Made by a program: the position numbers and the translations under genes. From the NCBI GenBank assembly GCA_964016885.1, contig OZ024740.1, forward strand, positions 404,860,001-404,924,000: a stretch of 64,000 nt of DNA, given 5' to 3'. The notes beneath the pieces are model-generated. The model saw nothing but the letters and a program-made list of their open reading frames with translations. It did not search any database and had not been told where the DNA came from. The stretch comes from Eledone cirrhosa. Its lineage: Eukaryota. Shown piece by piece: positions 1 to 11,444 of the stretch (the stretch's first letter is position 1; the number at the start of each line of letters is the position of its first letter).

Positions 1-119
1 CTGCAGTATAGCATGACACCAGAGATCTTGATCCTGTGTAATCTACTTTGTGAGGTTTATTTGGCAAGATCAGCTTTTATCATTTCATCCCAAGCTTTCC
101 TGGGTCTTCCTCTTCCATG
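1..119 (-). mobile_element. RTE-clade LINE 3' coding fragment
   Basis: Minus strand reads HGRGRPRKAWDEMIKADL, matching the C-terminus of the other RTE copies in the window. Confidence 0.75.
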
Positions 120-219
120 TTTATATTTATTTAAAAACCTTCCAACATAATTTTATGTAAGAAACTTTATTAATTTATGCTCCAATCACCAGCTTAATGA
201 TAAAAAAAATAGTTACTTT

Positions 220-640
220 ACTGACTGACTGACTCATCCCATTCTCAAATTTGAGGGTCAGGGGTCATGAACTTATGGACCAGCACTCTCCATCTTTTCC
301 TGTCTCTTGCCATTGCCGTACATTTCGCCAAACTCCTTCCTGTCCATCTCCTTTTCTGCTGTCCCCTGGCCCTTTCCCCCTGTACTCCTCCATCCTGTCC
401 ATTCCTTAATATCATCTGTCAATTTCATTTTCTGCTGTCCCCTGGCCCTTTTTCCTGTATTCATCCCTCAAGGATGTGGGTAGTCAAATTTGGGCCCTGA
501 TGACATGACTAAAATACCGAAGTTCCTTTTCTTTACTGTTTCCACCAACTGTCGATTGGCACTAATCTCTTCCAGGACAAATTCATTTGTTCTGTGAGCT
601 GTCCAGCTAATTCTGGGTGCACACATGTAGCATGACATTT
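220..640 (-). mobile_element. RTE/BovB-like LINE 3' fragment inserted into a TTAA-MITE
   Basis: Reads GKRARGQQKMKLTDDIKEWTG and MARDRKRWR, with a (CAGT)n tail and a short internal duplication of ttctgctgtcccctggccc. The flanks 120-220 and 680-773 resemble the MITE at 4483-4740. Confidence 0.6.
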
Positions 641-2354
641 CAAATGCTCTGTCGTTTCAAGTCAGATGCCTTTAAACTCACAACTAAATTCCTGCAAATT
701 CTTGATTATTTTCAAAATCATTTGAAAATTATAGGCAGCATCTTTATTAGAAATATGGTAATAAAAAGGTTAAATAAGATTTTGTTCAAATTAAAATCAT
801 CATACTTTTGTTGACATATGTATAATACACAATCTAATTTTGAAGATTTTTAGTTTAGTGTATAAGATACAATCAGATTTTGACATCAAATTTAAAGGTT
901 AAAGAGGGCGTCTTGTACACTGAAAAATATACTGTTCCTAAAATTAAAAGTATTTTTTTTATTTCTAGCATTTAGAAATAAAGATAGGTGTATAATTTCC
1001 ATGTAACTTATCTTTTCACACTAGCATAGAAATAATAACAAAAACAGAACAAATTCAAAACAAAACAAAACACTTCTAAATTTTCATACAAATTATGAAA
1101 ACAAAAAGATTAGTTCTTCTACATATTGAAATTAAGGATCTGAAAATAAAACTACTACTGATGACAAGTGTGAAAAATTTTCTGATGTGTTTGAATGTTT
1201 AACTCTTTCATAACAGTATTTAAACTGAAATATATTGCTTTCAAATAAATTTTGAAAATTATCAATAATTTGGAAGAATTTAGTAAAAAAACAAAATTTG
1301 TCCTTGTTAAGTTGCTGTTTAGAACATAATATAACACAATACTATGATAAGCAGTTTTAATTTAAATATGAACATTTAAAAACAAACAGGTATCATATCA
1401 TAGAACCAGGGGCTGTCCCAGGAAGCCTGGTATCAATAGGGCTTTGAAAAAATTATCTAATAAAATTACATTTTTTTTTTCTTTCTATACTTTTTAGAAA
1501 ATCTTATTAAGGATTAATATTACAATATGAAAAAGTGCTGAACAAGTAGGATGCAGTTGGCAATGGTTGTGTTCTGATACACATGTAAACATCTAAACAC
1601 TATGATCAAATAACAGGAAGACTTTAAAATCAATACAGTATCATTTGTCAATACTAGTATTTCACTGTCAAAATCAAAGGCACGTCAGTGCTGATATATT
1701 TGAACATCTTGAATGAGAGCTGATTTTCTTTATTTATCTATCTATTTCCATGATATTATTAAAGCACAAGACTAAACAGAGATAACTATATATAACTTAT
1801 ATATTCTAAATTATCATGTATTTCATATTGATAAGAATTTTATAATTATTAATCAATGGCTTCATGTTACTTATCAAATATTTAACCTTTTAGTATTCAT
1901 AGTGTTAATAGTTGATATATTCATATAAAAATAATGAAATTATGAACTTTGTATAAAATGTGGCTTCCTGTGAGATTTGGCATAGATATTACTCTGAACA
2001 AACGTAATGTCAACAATGGCTTAACTATTATTTTTCATTTTCTTATTGATTTATCATCAAAACAATTCTATTTCTCTATGCCAAATGGTGTACTTACTAT
2101 CTTGTGCATTTCCTTACAGATTTTCCTATCATTATTTCAACAAAGTACAGTGTAGTCTATTCTCTGTTTTGATAAGACTGAAGCATGTCTGGAGTTATCA
2201 AAATAGATAAAGTAATTCTGGTTCTTAACTATATTGCTTTCTCTTCAGCAGTTGACATTTTTAATGTTCTCCAGATTAAAACTTAATCTTTGAATATAAC
2301 TGATTTATTTTAACCAGTTTAATGCATAACATCCTGTACTACATGAAACCACAT

Positions 2355-2590
2355 TCATCATCATCGTTTAACATCCATCTTCCATACAAGCATGGGTAGG
2401 ATCAGGTCGGGGGACCATGATTTGCTCTCATGATACAGAACTGATTTTGGCTTAGTTTCTATGGTTGGATGCTCTTTCTAATGCCAACCACATTTACAGT
2501 GTGTGCTGGGTGCTTTTTATTGTGATAACTACACAAACTTTTTACAGTGTGGACTGGACACTCGCTTTTGTCATGACACCTACATGACTT
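2355..2590 (-). mobile_element. RTE 3'UTR/tail remnant
   Basis: (CAT)n followed by cgtttaacatccatcttcca and ttggatgctctttctaatgccaacc, shared with the 3' ends of the longer RTE copies. Confidence 0.7.
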
Positions 2591-3615
2591 CTATACTAAG
2601 ACATTTTTGAAAAGTATGAAACAGCATATTGAAATTTAGAATCTTTACTTTAGTTTATTGAAAATATACACAACAATCTGTCCACCAGTAAAGAGACTAC
2701 AAAAATTAGAATTAACAAACCTGTTTTTAGATATATTCTGTTAAATTATTATAGGGGAAATACTGAATATGTTAAAGGGGAAATACTGAAAATCATGGAC
2801 AGTGATTCTATTGAATATAATTAGACAGTGTGTCCTACTCCAAGAAAATGCAAACTTTTTACATGGCCTGCTGCAGAACTATTGCTTTCACTTACATCTT
2901 AAAAGTAGCCTGGAAAGTTATAAACAGCAGATCTAGTATCGACAGCACTACCCTTATGTTCTACAGCCAGTGAGGCACAGAGCATCTGGTCATAACATTG
3001 GTGGCACTGCCCTTGCACCCCATTACCAGTGAGGCACAAAAGGATTCTTCTTCTTCTTCTTCTTCTTCTTCTTCTCATCCCCCCTCCTCTTATCAGATAT
3101 TTGTCTCTGGTAAGTGAAGGAAGTGCAGACTGAGACACATAGGTAAGAAGTTTACCTCACAACAATGAGGTTGTATGTTTGGTCTCGCTACACAGCACCT
3201 TAACCTTCTGCTATATTCTCAGAGTGGAATTTGGTAGAGGGAAAGAATGGTATTCTTTTATTAATCTTTTTTTTTATATACTGGTTTCAGTTTTTTAGAC
3301 TGTAACCTTGGTAAAGCATTGCCTTTAGTCAACCATAACATCCCTAGTACTTTTTTTGGGTCAAGTTCAGTAGTTATTTTGTTGATCTCTATTTGCCAAA
3401 CTGCTAAGTTATGGGGCAGAAGCAAACAGCAAGCACAAACACAGACATGGACAAACACACACATAAACATACATACTATGGGCTTCTGCAAATTTTCCAT
3501 CAACCAAATTTCACTCAAGAAGAGATTTGCCTAAGGTACTCCACAGTGAGATAGAATCCAAACGTATATGGTTGCAAAGTGAAATCCTTAACCATAAAAC
3601 CATGTGTGAATATAT

Positions 3616-3667
<52 letters not shown>

Positions 3668-3689
3668 GTATGTGTGTGTGTGACAGCTC

Positions 3690-3920
3690 ACACCTATGCA
3701 GGTTTAGCTGGCCTCCTCCAAAGTATATCTCATTGGAGTGTCTTGAGTGATTTAATGATAGGGACCCCAGTCCTATCATCTCATTTCTACAGCTGAGTAA
3801 ACTGGAGTAATGTGAATAAAGTGTTTTGCTCAAGGAAACAACACATCACCCAGTCTGAGAATTGAACTCTCAACCTTCGATTGCAAGCCCAATGCTCTAA
3901 CCACTAAACCATGCACCTTC
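3690..3920 (-). mobile_element. tRNA-derived SINE, family 2
   Basis: Minus strand has A-box-like tggtttagtggttagagc and B-box-like gagttcaattc. Related copies lie at about 17540-17815, 39390-39620, 40020-40140 and 24695-24780. Confidence 0.65.
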
Positions 3921-4482
3921 ACATGCACCTGTGTATGTGTGTATGTATGTATATTTTATCTTAGTCTTAGTTTTAGGAACTCCCGAGCACGGTAGCACAT
4001 TGGTGGACAAACTACCTCTTTCACATCCATTCCAGATTGTCTTGAAATGTCTGCCACCTGGTGATCTTTGGTGAACCCCTTTTTCATTTGCCTCCATGAG
4101 GAATCCAAGTCATCACCATTTTTTAGTGCTACTGGTCCATTGAGTAAATAGAGAATGGGGCCAACCAGGTGAAACTATCATTCTGTAATTATTTCTTGCA
4201 GTAATCAACACTTTGTGCTCCTTAGGATCTCTTCATTTGTAACCCACTTGTGTGTGTGTGTGTGTGTGTCACATGATCTAGCCTGAGTGAGTGTGGATTG
4301 TGTAGTAGAAAATGTGGGCTAAGTAATATTGTTGGTGTGGCCAAAGGAAGAGTTGTCAGAAACTAGGTTTGTCAACTTGGAAAACTGTAAGATTGGGAGA
4401 TTGGAGTGCATAACTGGGAGAAGGGGATGCATGTTATGAGGCTAGCCAAGGGTGCTAAATACCCCAGGTGCCAGCCATAGAT

Positions 4483-4740
4483 TTAACCCTTCTGATCCTC
4501 CCAAACTACCTGAAACCGGTCTTACTTTTATGATACAAAGATGCTTGTTTTAAAAGTCTTCATATTTAAATTTAACCATTCACTTATAATTTCATTAGGT
4601 TATGCTCCAACAAGTTATGCTGTTTCATAACGAGAAAGTTATTTTATTAAATACTTCAAAATACTTGATTATTTTCAAATTTTATTTGAAAATCATAAGC
4701 AGTGTATTTTCATTAGAAATACAGTAACGAAATGGTTATA
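4483..4740. mobile_element. piggyBac-like (TTAA-CCC) MITE, family A
   Basis: Starts TTAACCCTT and ends in a degenerate aaatggtta. Its body is shared with 27511-27752, about 40638-40880 and 56741-58817. Confidence 0.55.
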
Positions 4741-5247
4741 TGGTAAAATTCTACGATAATCAACTTTGGTTTTCATTTCTAAATCTTTGATAAAAGAAAC
4801 ACCATTATCCTACTGATGTAATTCAATCAAATATTCTCACTGCTACTTAACAATTGGCCTTATGCTTTTTTTTTTATAGATATATAAATACTAAGTAATC
4901 TTTAAAGGTGATTATATCCTTTAATTACTATAATTTCTTTCCAACTTAGAAAGATTCTTTTAAACGTAGATCGATGATAAGCAAGCTTTCAATTGTTTTG
5001 TAGTTGCTGTTGAATTGTTGGTTGTCAACCACCATCTTCTTGGCACTGAATATCACATCATTGGTTATATAACACAGTTGAGAAGACTTGTATAAAAAAA
5101 AATCATTAAAAATGTACTTTAAATATAATGTTGTACACATGTCTGTCTGTATGTCTGTCTGTCTGTATGTATGTATAAATGTATATATGTTTGTAAGTAT
5201 AAATATATATTTACACATACACACTTATATATATATATATATATATA

Positions 5248-6140
5248 TATCATCATCATCATCATCATTTTACGTCCGCTTTTCCCTGCTTGCAAGGGTG
5301 GGATGGGTCTTATTCAGCACAGCATCTCTCCACTCGTCACGGTCCTTCGTCATCTCCACCATGAGCTTCAATGATCTGAGGTCTGTTCTCACCACCTCCG
5401 CCCATGTTTTTCGTGGTCTACCTCTACCACGTCTTCCTTCAACTGGCATTTCCTGGCACTTCTTCACCCATCGGTCATCCTCCATGCGCATCACATGTCC
5501 ATACCACCTCAGTCTCCTCTCCCGTACACTACATTCTATCCCTCTCAGACACAGTTTCTCTCTCAACACATTTATGCTGGGTCGTTCACGCACATTTACA
5601 CTGCACATCCAATGGAGCATGCCTGCCTCATTTCTCTCCAGCCGTCGCATATCCTCTGCAGTTGCTGCCCATGTCTCACTACCATGCAGCATCGCGCTCC
5701 TCACACAGGCATCATACAACCGGCCTTTCGTACGCAGGGAGAAACCCTTCTTCGTCAACAGAGGAAGCAGCTCCCTAAACTACTTCCAACCCGTCCTTAT
5801 TCTATATACTATGGCCTCGGAACACCCTCCTCCCATGCTAATCTGATCTCCTAGGTACCGGAAGCTATCCACCACTTCTATAGCGCCCTCCTACATTTGA
5901 AAAATGTGTCTATCAATGCGACTTCTACTGTCTAATTTCCCTGTACATCTACTGCATACATATTTCTCCCTACCTGTTAGATTGCCTGCTATCCCGCTAC
6001 ATCTCTTGTGTACCCAGGATCTGCATTGTGTGCATTTTATAGAATTTATGCCAGTTCCTTTTCTGCATATCGAACATGGCCATTTCCCTGTCGGAATCAG
6101 GGTTTTGTCCTCTTTTCTACTCAACACTTTTGTCTTAGCT
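5248..6140 (-). mobile_element. 5'-truncated RTE-clade LINE in a (TA)n tract
   Basis: ORFs 5270-5758 (LHGSETW, RRLRWYGHVMRM, GRRGRGRPRKTW) and 5891-6127 (Cys/His finger). It has a (TGA)n tail and (TA)n on both sides. Confidence 0.9.
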
Positions 6141-6356
6141 ATATATATATATATATATATAAATATATGTGTATGTGTGTGAACTAGTTAAGTGTGTAAC
6201 AACAGTTACAGGTGGCGCGCTGTTTGAAGCACTCAATGCTGTTACAAGGTCCTTTTCATTTAGGTTGTATTCCAGTGTTAAGGCTGTAGTGCGCAGAGTG
6301 TAAATAAATATTAAAAAGTCTAAGTCAGTGTTGCAGCATACATACAAACTTTATTT

Positions 6357-6445
6357 ACATATTACAATTGTTTCGATATCAATCAGCTCAGGGTACAATG
6401 AAGGTGACAGGGCTTGATGCTTTTTCGATATCTCATTTGATATGC
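6357..6445 (-). ncRNA. Degenerate type-I hammerhead ribozyme motif
   Basis: GCATAT-CAAATGA-GATATC...GATATC-GAAA-CAATTG-TA-ATATGT. Stems I, II and III and a GUA site are present, but the core CUGAUGA reads CAAAUGA. Confidence 0.5.
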
Positions 6446-6589
6446 GAGCTTATATGTGTTAGCAGGGAAATAATTGGATGTTATATATATATATATGTGT
6501 GTGTGTATGTGTATATATATACATATATATATACACACACATATATATTTATATTTATATATATAGATATATAAAAATATATACATATA

Positions 6590-6800
6590 TTTAATTTTTT
6601 TACCCTTCCCTTTAATTTCCTCCCCTTTTAATGTCTTTCCACCACTCCCCCTCACACCTTCCGAACTCTTTTCCTTCCCACTTTTCTCCTGATGGAGAGC
6701 TTATGCCTGAAACGTCATCCCCCACCCCCACTTTCAAGCATGAACCTAATACTAACACTTTGTATTGCACTCTTCGTTATTGTTTTTGTTTTGTTTTAAC
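6590..6800 (+). mobile_element. Penelope-pLTR-like short insert with hammerhead-like motif
   Basis: Pyrimidine-rich leader, then cctgatggagagcttatgcctgaaacgtc and tcaagc...ctaata. Homologous to 32690-32920 (-) and 32425-32660 (+), and flanked by (TA)n. Confidence 0.5.
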
Positions 6801-6820
6801 TTATATATATATATATAAAC

Positions 6821-6918
6821 ATGAAGCATAAGTCAACAGGTTAAAATTAACTTTGTTTATTCATAGTTGTGACTATGAATAAACAAAGTTAATTTTAACC
6901 TGTTGACTTACGCTTCAT
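6821..6918. repeat. Near-perfect fold-back (about 47-bp arms, 4-nt loop)
   Basis: atgaagcataagtcaacagg...catagt / actatg...cctgttgacttacgcttcat, one mismatch. Confidence 0.9.
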
Positions 6919-7014
6919 CTTTATGAATGTACTCTGGAGTAAACAGACCCACCTGCGCACTTCATCGAGTGCCCTGCCCTGCGTACTGAAGTGTCGGGGA
7001 TTAACTATATATAT

Positions 7015-7331
7015 ACTACTCTACCCTCCCACTCCCACCAACACCGCCCTTTCTCTGTAAAGTTATGTTGGTACCACAACATCCAGTCCCAAATAAATGA
7101 GGTCGTGTAGGTGTCACAACAAAAAAAAAACCACACAGTTGATGCTGTAATGTGGCTGTGTAGGTTCCCAGTCCACACTGTACATGTGGTTAGTGTTAGG
7201 AAGGGCATCCATACGTAGAAAACCTGCCAGACATTCCTATACGAGCGAGACACGGTCACCCAACCAATCTTGCTTCAAGTGGGACAATTCTCGTCTAAAC
7301 CCATGCTAGCGTGGAAGATAAACGTTAAACA

Positions 7332-7363
<32 letters not shown>

Positions 7364-7567
7364 ATATGTATATATATAACAAGGTAAAAAGCTCCCAGTC
7401 CACACCGTAAATGTGGTTGGTGTTAGCAAGGGCATCCAGCCGCAGAAAACCTGCCAGATAGTCGTATATGAGCGAGACACAGTCACCCAACCAATCTTGC
7501 CTAAAGTGGGACAACTTCCGTCCAACCCATGCTAGCGTGGAAGATGGACGTTAAACGATGATGACGA

Positions 7568-7612
<45 letters not shown>

Positions 7613-8090
7613 AGTGTGTTCTGTTATTATTTCTGGCAATATTATTACAATATGACCCCCCCCCCCCCCCCCCCACACACCAAGTATAACAATATATATA
7701 TATATACATATATACACTGGATTGAGATCTCTGGTGCCACGCAGTAATACAGAAGACCCACCTTCCCCACGTACAAAGTTAACCTACAGTCAGTAGGCAC
7801 CTCTTAACCAAACATACACCCCAACCCACTATCCCTACTCCATCCTCCCACTCCCACCGACACCGCCCTTTCTCTACAAAGTTATGTTGGTACCACAACA
7901 TCCAGTCCAAACTAAAGAAGTCGTGTAGGTGTCATGACAAAAAAAAACACCCAGTCCACGCTGTAAAGTGGTCGTGTAGGAGACACGGTAAAAAGGCTCC
8001 CAGTCCACACTGTAAATGTGGTTGGTGTTAGGAAGGGCATCCAGCCATAGAAAACCTGCCAAATACAGTCCTATATTGTCAGATACAGTC
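7015..8090 (+). mobile_element. Cluster of three RTE 3'-end fragments
   Basis: Repeated 3'UTR motifs (ggttggtgttaggaagggcatccagc, cccatgctagcgtggaagat) with (TGA)n tails, separated by (TA)n. Confidence 0.85.
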
Positions 8091-8094
8091 TTAT

Positions 8095-8490
8095 ATCTCC
8101 CCCTTCTGCCGAAAATTTAAGTAAGCGACAATGTCGCTATTTTAAAACAGTAGCGCATGCTCCGAAGAACTGACTGGTTATAATTTTGTATTGGCGATCG
8201 AGTAACGTGAAAACAAGCGAATAGCGATCTCTAGACCTACCAGTTCAGAGAAACAATTGTCAGCAATGAGATTAAAAACCTTTTTTGTATAGCAAACCAT
8301 GTCAATCTTCTTTCCTGATTTATTATTACTCAAAGTGTTTACAACATAGGAATTACAGCATACTCGCAACATCACTATGAAAACGCCTTGTTGAGTCAAA
8401 CCAAGCCAAGCGTTGATATCATCCACTACCCGGAGTACCATAACTGGACTACACTTAAGTGGACTGCATATAACTATTATTTGTTACCCC

Positions 8491-8492
<2 letters not shown>
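8095..8492. mobile_element. Probable Tc1/mariner-type DNA transposon fragment
   Basis: CpG-rich insert ending ttgttaccccg|TA, i.e. a TA-CGGGGT terminus on the minus strand. No second TIR seen. Confidence 0.35.
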
Positions 8493-8537
<45 letters not shown>

Positions 8538-8549
8538 CTTATATTATAT

Positions 8550-9435
8550 TAGCCGCTAAAGGTTTCTCTCTAAAAATGAAAGGAAGACTATGATGCCTGC
8601 ATACGAACAGAGATGTTACATGGCAGTGAGACATGGGCCTTGTGTGCAGAGGATCTACGCAGACTGGAGAGGAACAAAGCTTGCATGCTCCGTTGGATGT
8701 GTATGCGCATGAAAGACGACAGCTGTATAAAAAAGTGCAGGGCGATCAAAATAGATGGTAGCTACGGAGTAGGCAGACTCAGAAAAACCTGGGACGACTT
8801 GATAAATTCCGACCTTACACCTCTCCAAGACAATGTCACTGTACCGAGATCTTTGGCGCTACGCAGTAATACAGAAGACCCGCCTTGCCTAAGTACAAAG
8901 CGAAACCTACATTCAGTAGGCACCTCTTAACCAAAATACTACCCCCACCCTCAACCCCATCTACACCACCCCTTTCGATGTAAAGTTATGTTGGTACCAC
9001 AACATCCAGTCCTAAATAAATGAGGTTGTGTAGGCGTCACAACAAAAACACACACAGTCCACGCTGTAATGTGGCCATGTAGGTAACACAGTAAAAACCT
9101 CCCAGTCCACACTGTAAACATGGTTGGTGTTAGGAAGAGCATTCAGCCATAGAAAACCCACCAGACAATCTTGAGCAAGACAACCAATCTTGCCTCAAGT
9201 AGGACAATTCCCGTCCAGACTCATGCTAGCGTGGAAGATGGACGTTAAAAGATGATGATGATGATATATAAAGCACCCAGCCCACACTGTAAAGTGGACG
9301 TGTAGGCGCCACGGAAAAAAAGCACCCAGCACTCACTGTAAATGAGGTTGGTGTTAGGAAGGGCATCCAGCTGTAGAAATCAAGCCAGAATCAGTTCCTG
9401 TCCCACCCTTGCAAGCAGGGAAAAGTGGACGTAAA

Positions 9436-9470
<35 letters not shown>
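8550..9470 (+). mobile_element. RTE 3' fragment (internally deleted) plus appended short RTE-derived element
   Basis: ORF 8613-8930 (LHGSETWALCAEDLRRLERN), 3'UTR and (TGA)n tail, then a second 3' module at 9270-9470 with its own (TGA)n tail. Confidence 0.85.
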
Positions 9471-9599
9471 ATAAATATATATATGCAGAGGTTATATTTA
9501 ATTTGTTGGGATACAACAAGCTATCCAGGAAGCTCCAACCGTTAAGGTTGCATTTTTTCAGGGTATGTCAATATTTATTTATAAAACTAATCTGTATTG

Positions 9600-9665
9600 T
9601 ATTTTATCTGATGAAAGCGCACCATAATCTGCCTTGGTGGCCCTTGAAATATGTATAATAAAATA
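9600..9665 (+). ncRNA. Type-I minimal hammerhead ribozyme
   Basis: TATTTTAT-CTGATGA-AAG.GCACCA[loop]TGGTG..CTT-GAAA-TATGTA-TA-ATAAAATA. The core is intact, stem I is 8 bp and the cleavage triplet is AUA. Confidence 0.8.
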
Positions 9666-9726
9666 AATATGGTTTTATAAATATAGTTTCCATTTGTTAA
9701 TATATTGTATATATATATATATATAT

Positions 9727-9832
9727 TATATATGCACGTATCGGTTTACCGAACATTTATTATAATGCTCAGTTTGTACAAACAAACCGAGCATTATAAT
9801 AAATGTTCGGTAAACCGATACGTGCATATATA
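9727..9832. repeat. Near-perfect fold-back (about 50-bp arms) in a (TA)n tract
   Basis: tatgcacgtatcggtttaccgaacatttattataatgctc / gagcattataataaatgttcggtaaaccgatacgtgcata. Confidence 0.9.
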
Positions 9833-9964
9833 TATGTGTGCATGTCACCATCATCATCATCGTTTAACGTCCATATTCCACGCTTGCATGGGTTTGTATA
9901 TACATATACATACTACTGTACGTCTGTATACATATATGTATGTACGTATACATACATACTTACA

Positions 9965-9986
9965 TTTATATAAATATATATATATT

Positions 9987-10035
<49 letters not shown>

Positions 10036-10052
10036 ATATAAATATATATATT

Positions 10053-10125
<73 letters not shown>
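9965..10125. repeat. (TA)n microsatellite
   Basis: Directly visible. Confidence 0.95.
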
Positions 10126-10126
<1 letters not shown>

Positions 10127-10295
10127 AAATTAGAATTGGTGCTCTGAAATAGCGATATATATATATGAATGTATATATAGTGTATTTTGCAATACACTGT
10201 ATGCTTAATTAAAAGCATTTCGAAGACCTTATGCTATTGTTTAAGAGTAGTGACAGTCTCACTTACTTTAAATTTTCAGCAAACAGGGGAGATAA

Positions 10296-10340
10296 AGCTG
10301 ACAGAGCTCTGTTTCGTACTGATTGGTACTTATCAAAGCT
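10296..10340 (-). ncRNA. Type-I hammerhead ribozyme, U3:A8 variant (copy 1)
   Basis: AGCT-TTGATAA-GTAC caatca GTAC-GAAA-CAGAGCTCTG-TC-AGCT. GUC site, palindromic stem III, and a stem I that extends through an internal loop. Confidence 0.8.
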
Positions 10341-10617
10341 AAGTACTCCACCTGTTTGCTGAAAATCATGAATGTTTGATTCTTATAGAATTCTAGTAAT
10401 AATCAGGAACTGATTATACAGAGTGGTTGCCGGTCAAGTAGAAATTGAAAATTAGAATTGGTGCTCTGAAATAGCGATATATATATATGAATGTATATAT
10501 AGTGTATTTTGCAATACACTGTATGCTTAATTAAAAGCATTTTGAAGACCTTACGCTATTGTTTTAGAGTAGTGACAGTCTCACTTGCTTTAAATTTTCA
10601 GCAAACAGGGGAGATAA

Positions 10618-10662
10618 AGCTGACAGAGCTCTGTTTCGTACTGATTGGTACTTATCAAAGCC
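10618..10662 (-). ncRNA. Type-I hammerhead ribozyme, U3:A8 variant (copy 2)
   Basis: GGCT-TTGATAA-GTAC caatca GTAC-GAAA-CAGAGCTCTG-TC-AGCT. The A>G change in stem I keeps pairing as G:U. Confidence 0.8.
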
Positions 10663-10792
10663 AAGTACTCCACCTGCGTAAGGTCTTCAAAATGCTTTTA
10701 ATTAAGCATACAGTGTATTGCAAAATACACTATATATATACATTCATATATATATGATGATATAAATATATAAATATATATATATAAAAATA

Positions 10793-11428
10793 CATGCTCT
10801 GATGGATGTGTAATAGTAATATACGCGAACGACAAAGCATAAATGAATTGAGAGAGAGACTGAGCATAAGAGGAATCAAATGCTGTGTGCAGGAGAGGCG
10901 GTTGCGTTGGTATGGATATGTGATGCGTATGAAGGATGACAGCTGCATAAAAAGGTGCAGAGCACTAGAAGTCAATGGAAACCGCGAAGTGGGGAGACCC
11001 AAAAAGACCTGGGATGAGGTGATAAAAGCCAAGCTTACCCAATTACACCTCTCAAAGGCGATGACACACGACCGTGGCCTCTGGCGTCACGCAGTAATAC
11101 AGAAGATCCGACCTCCCACAGGAACTAGCTGAAGCATATAGACAATATGCCCCCACACCCTCTCCACTCAAAGTGGTCGTGGAGGTGCCATAGCAAAAAA
11201 GCACCCAGCCTACACTGTAAAGTGGACGTGTAGGTGCCACGGAAAAAGCACTCAGCACTCACTATAAATGAGGTTGGTGTTAGGAAGGGCATCCAGCTGT
11301 AGAAATCAAGCCTAAATCAGTTCCTGTATGAGCAAGGCATGGTCAGCCGACCAGACACTGCCCACAAAAGGACAACCCATCTAACCCATGCTAGCATAGA
11401 AGAACGGACGTAAAACGGTGATGATGAT
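10793..11428 (+). mobile_element. RTE 3' fragment
   Basis: ORF 10806-11132 (ERRLRWYGYVMRMKDD, GRPKKTWDEV), 3'UTR and (TGA)n tail. Confidence 0.9.
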
Positions 11429-11444
11429 ATATATATATTTATAT

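Larger units (their letters stand above)
10126..10757 (-). mobile_element. Retrozyme/Penelope-pLTR-like tandem element (322-bp period) with terminal inverted segment
   Basis: 10126-10354 is repeated at 10448-10676, and 10677-10757 is the inverse of about 10478-10555. Each repeat carries a hammerhead. Confidence 0.75.

Noticed and set aside
5088-5854. Long plus-strand ORFs (also 11935-12459 and 29649-30194)
   Set aside because: Antisense shadows of RTE coding sequence.
9705-10127. YIYI-rich ORFs here and elsewhere
   Set aside because: (TA)n microsatellite translations.
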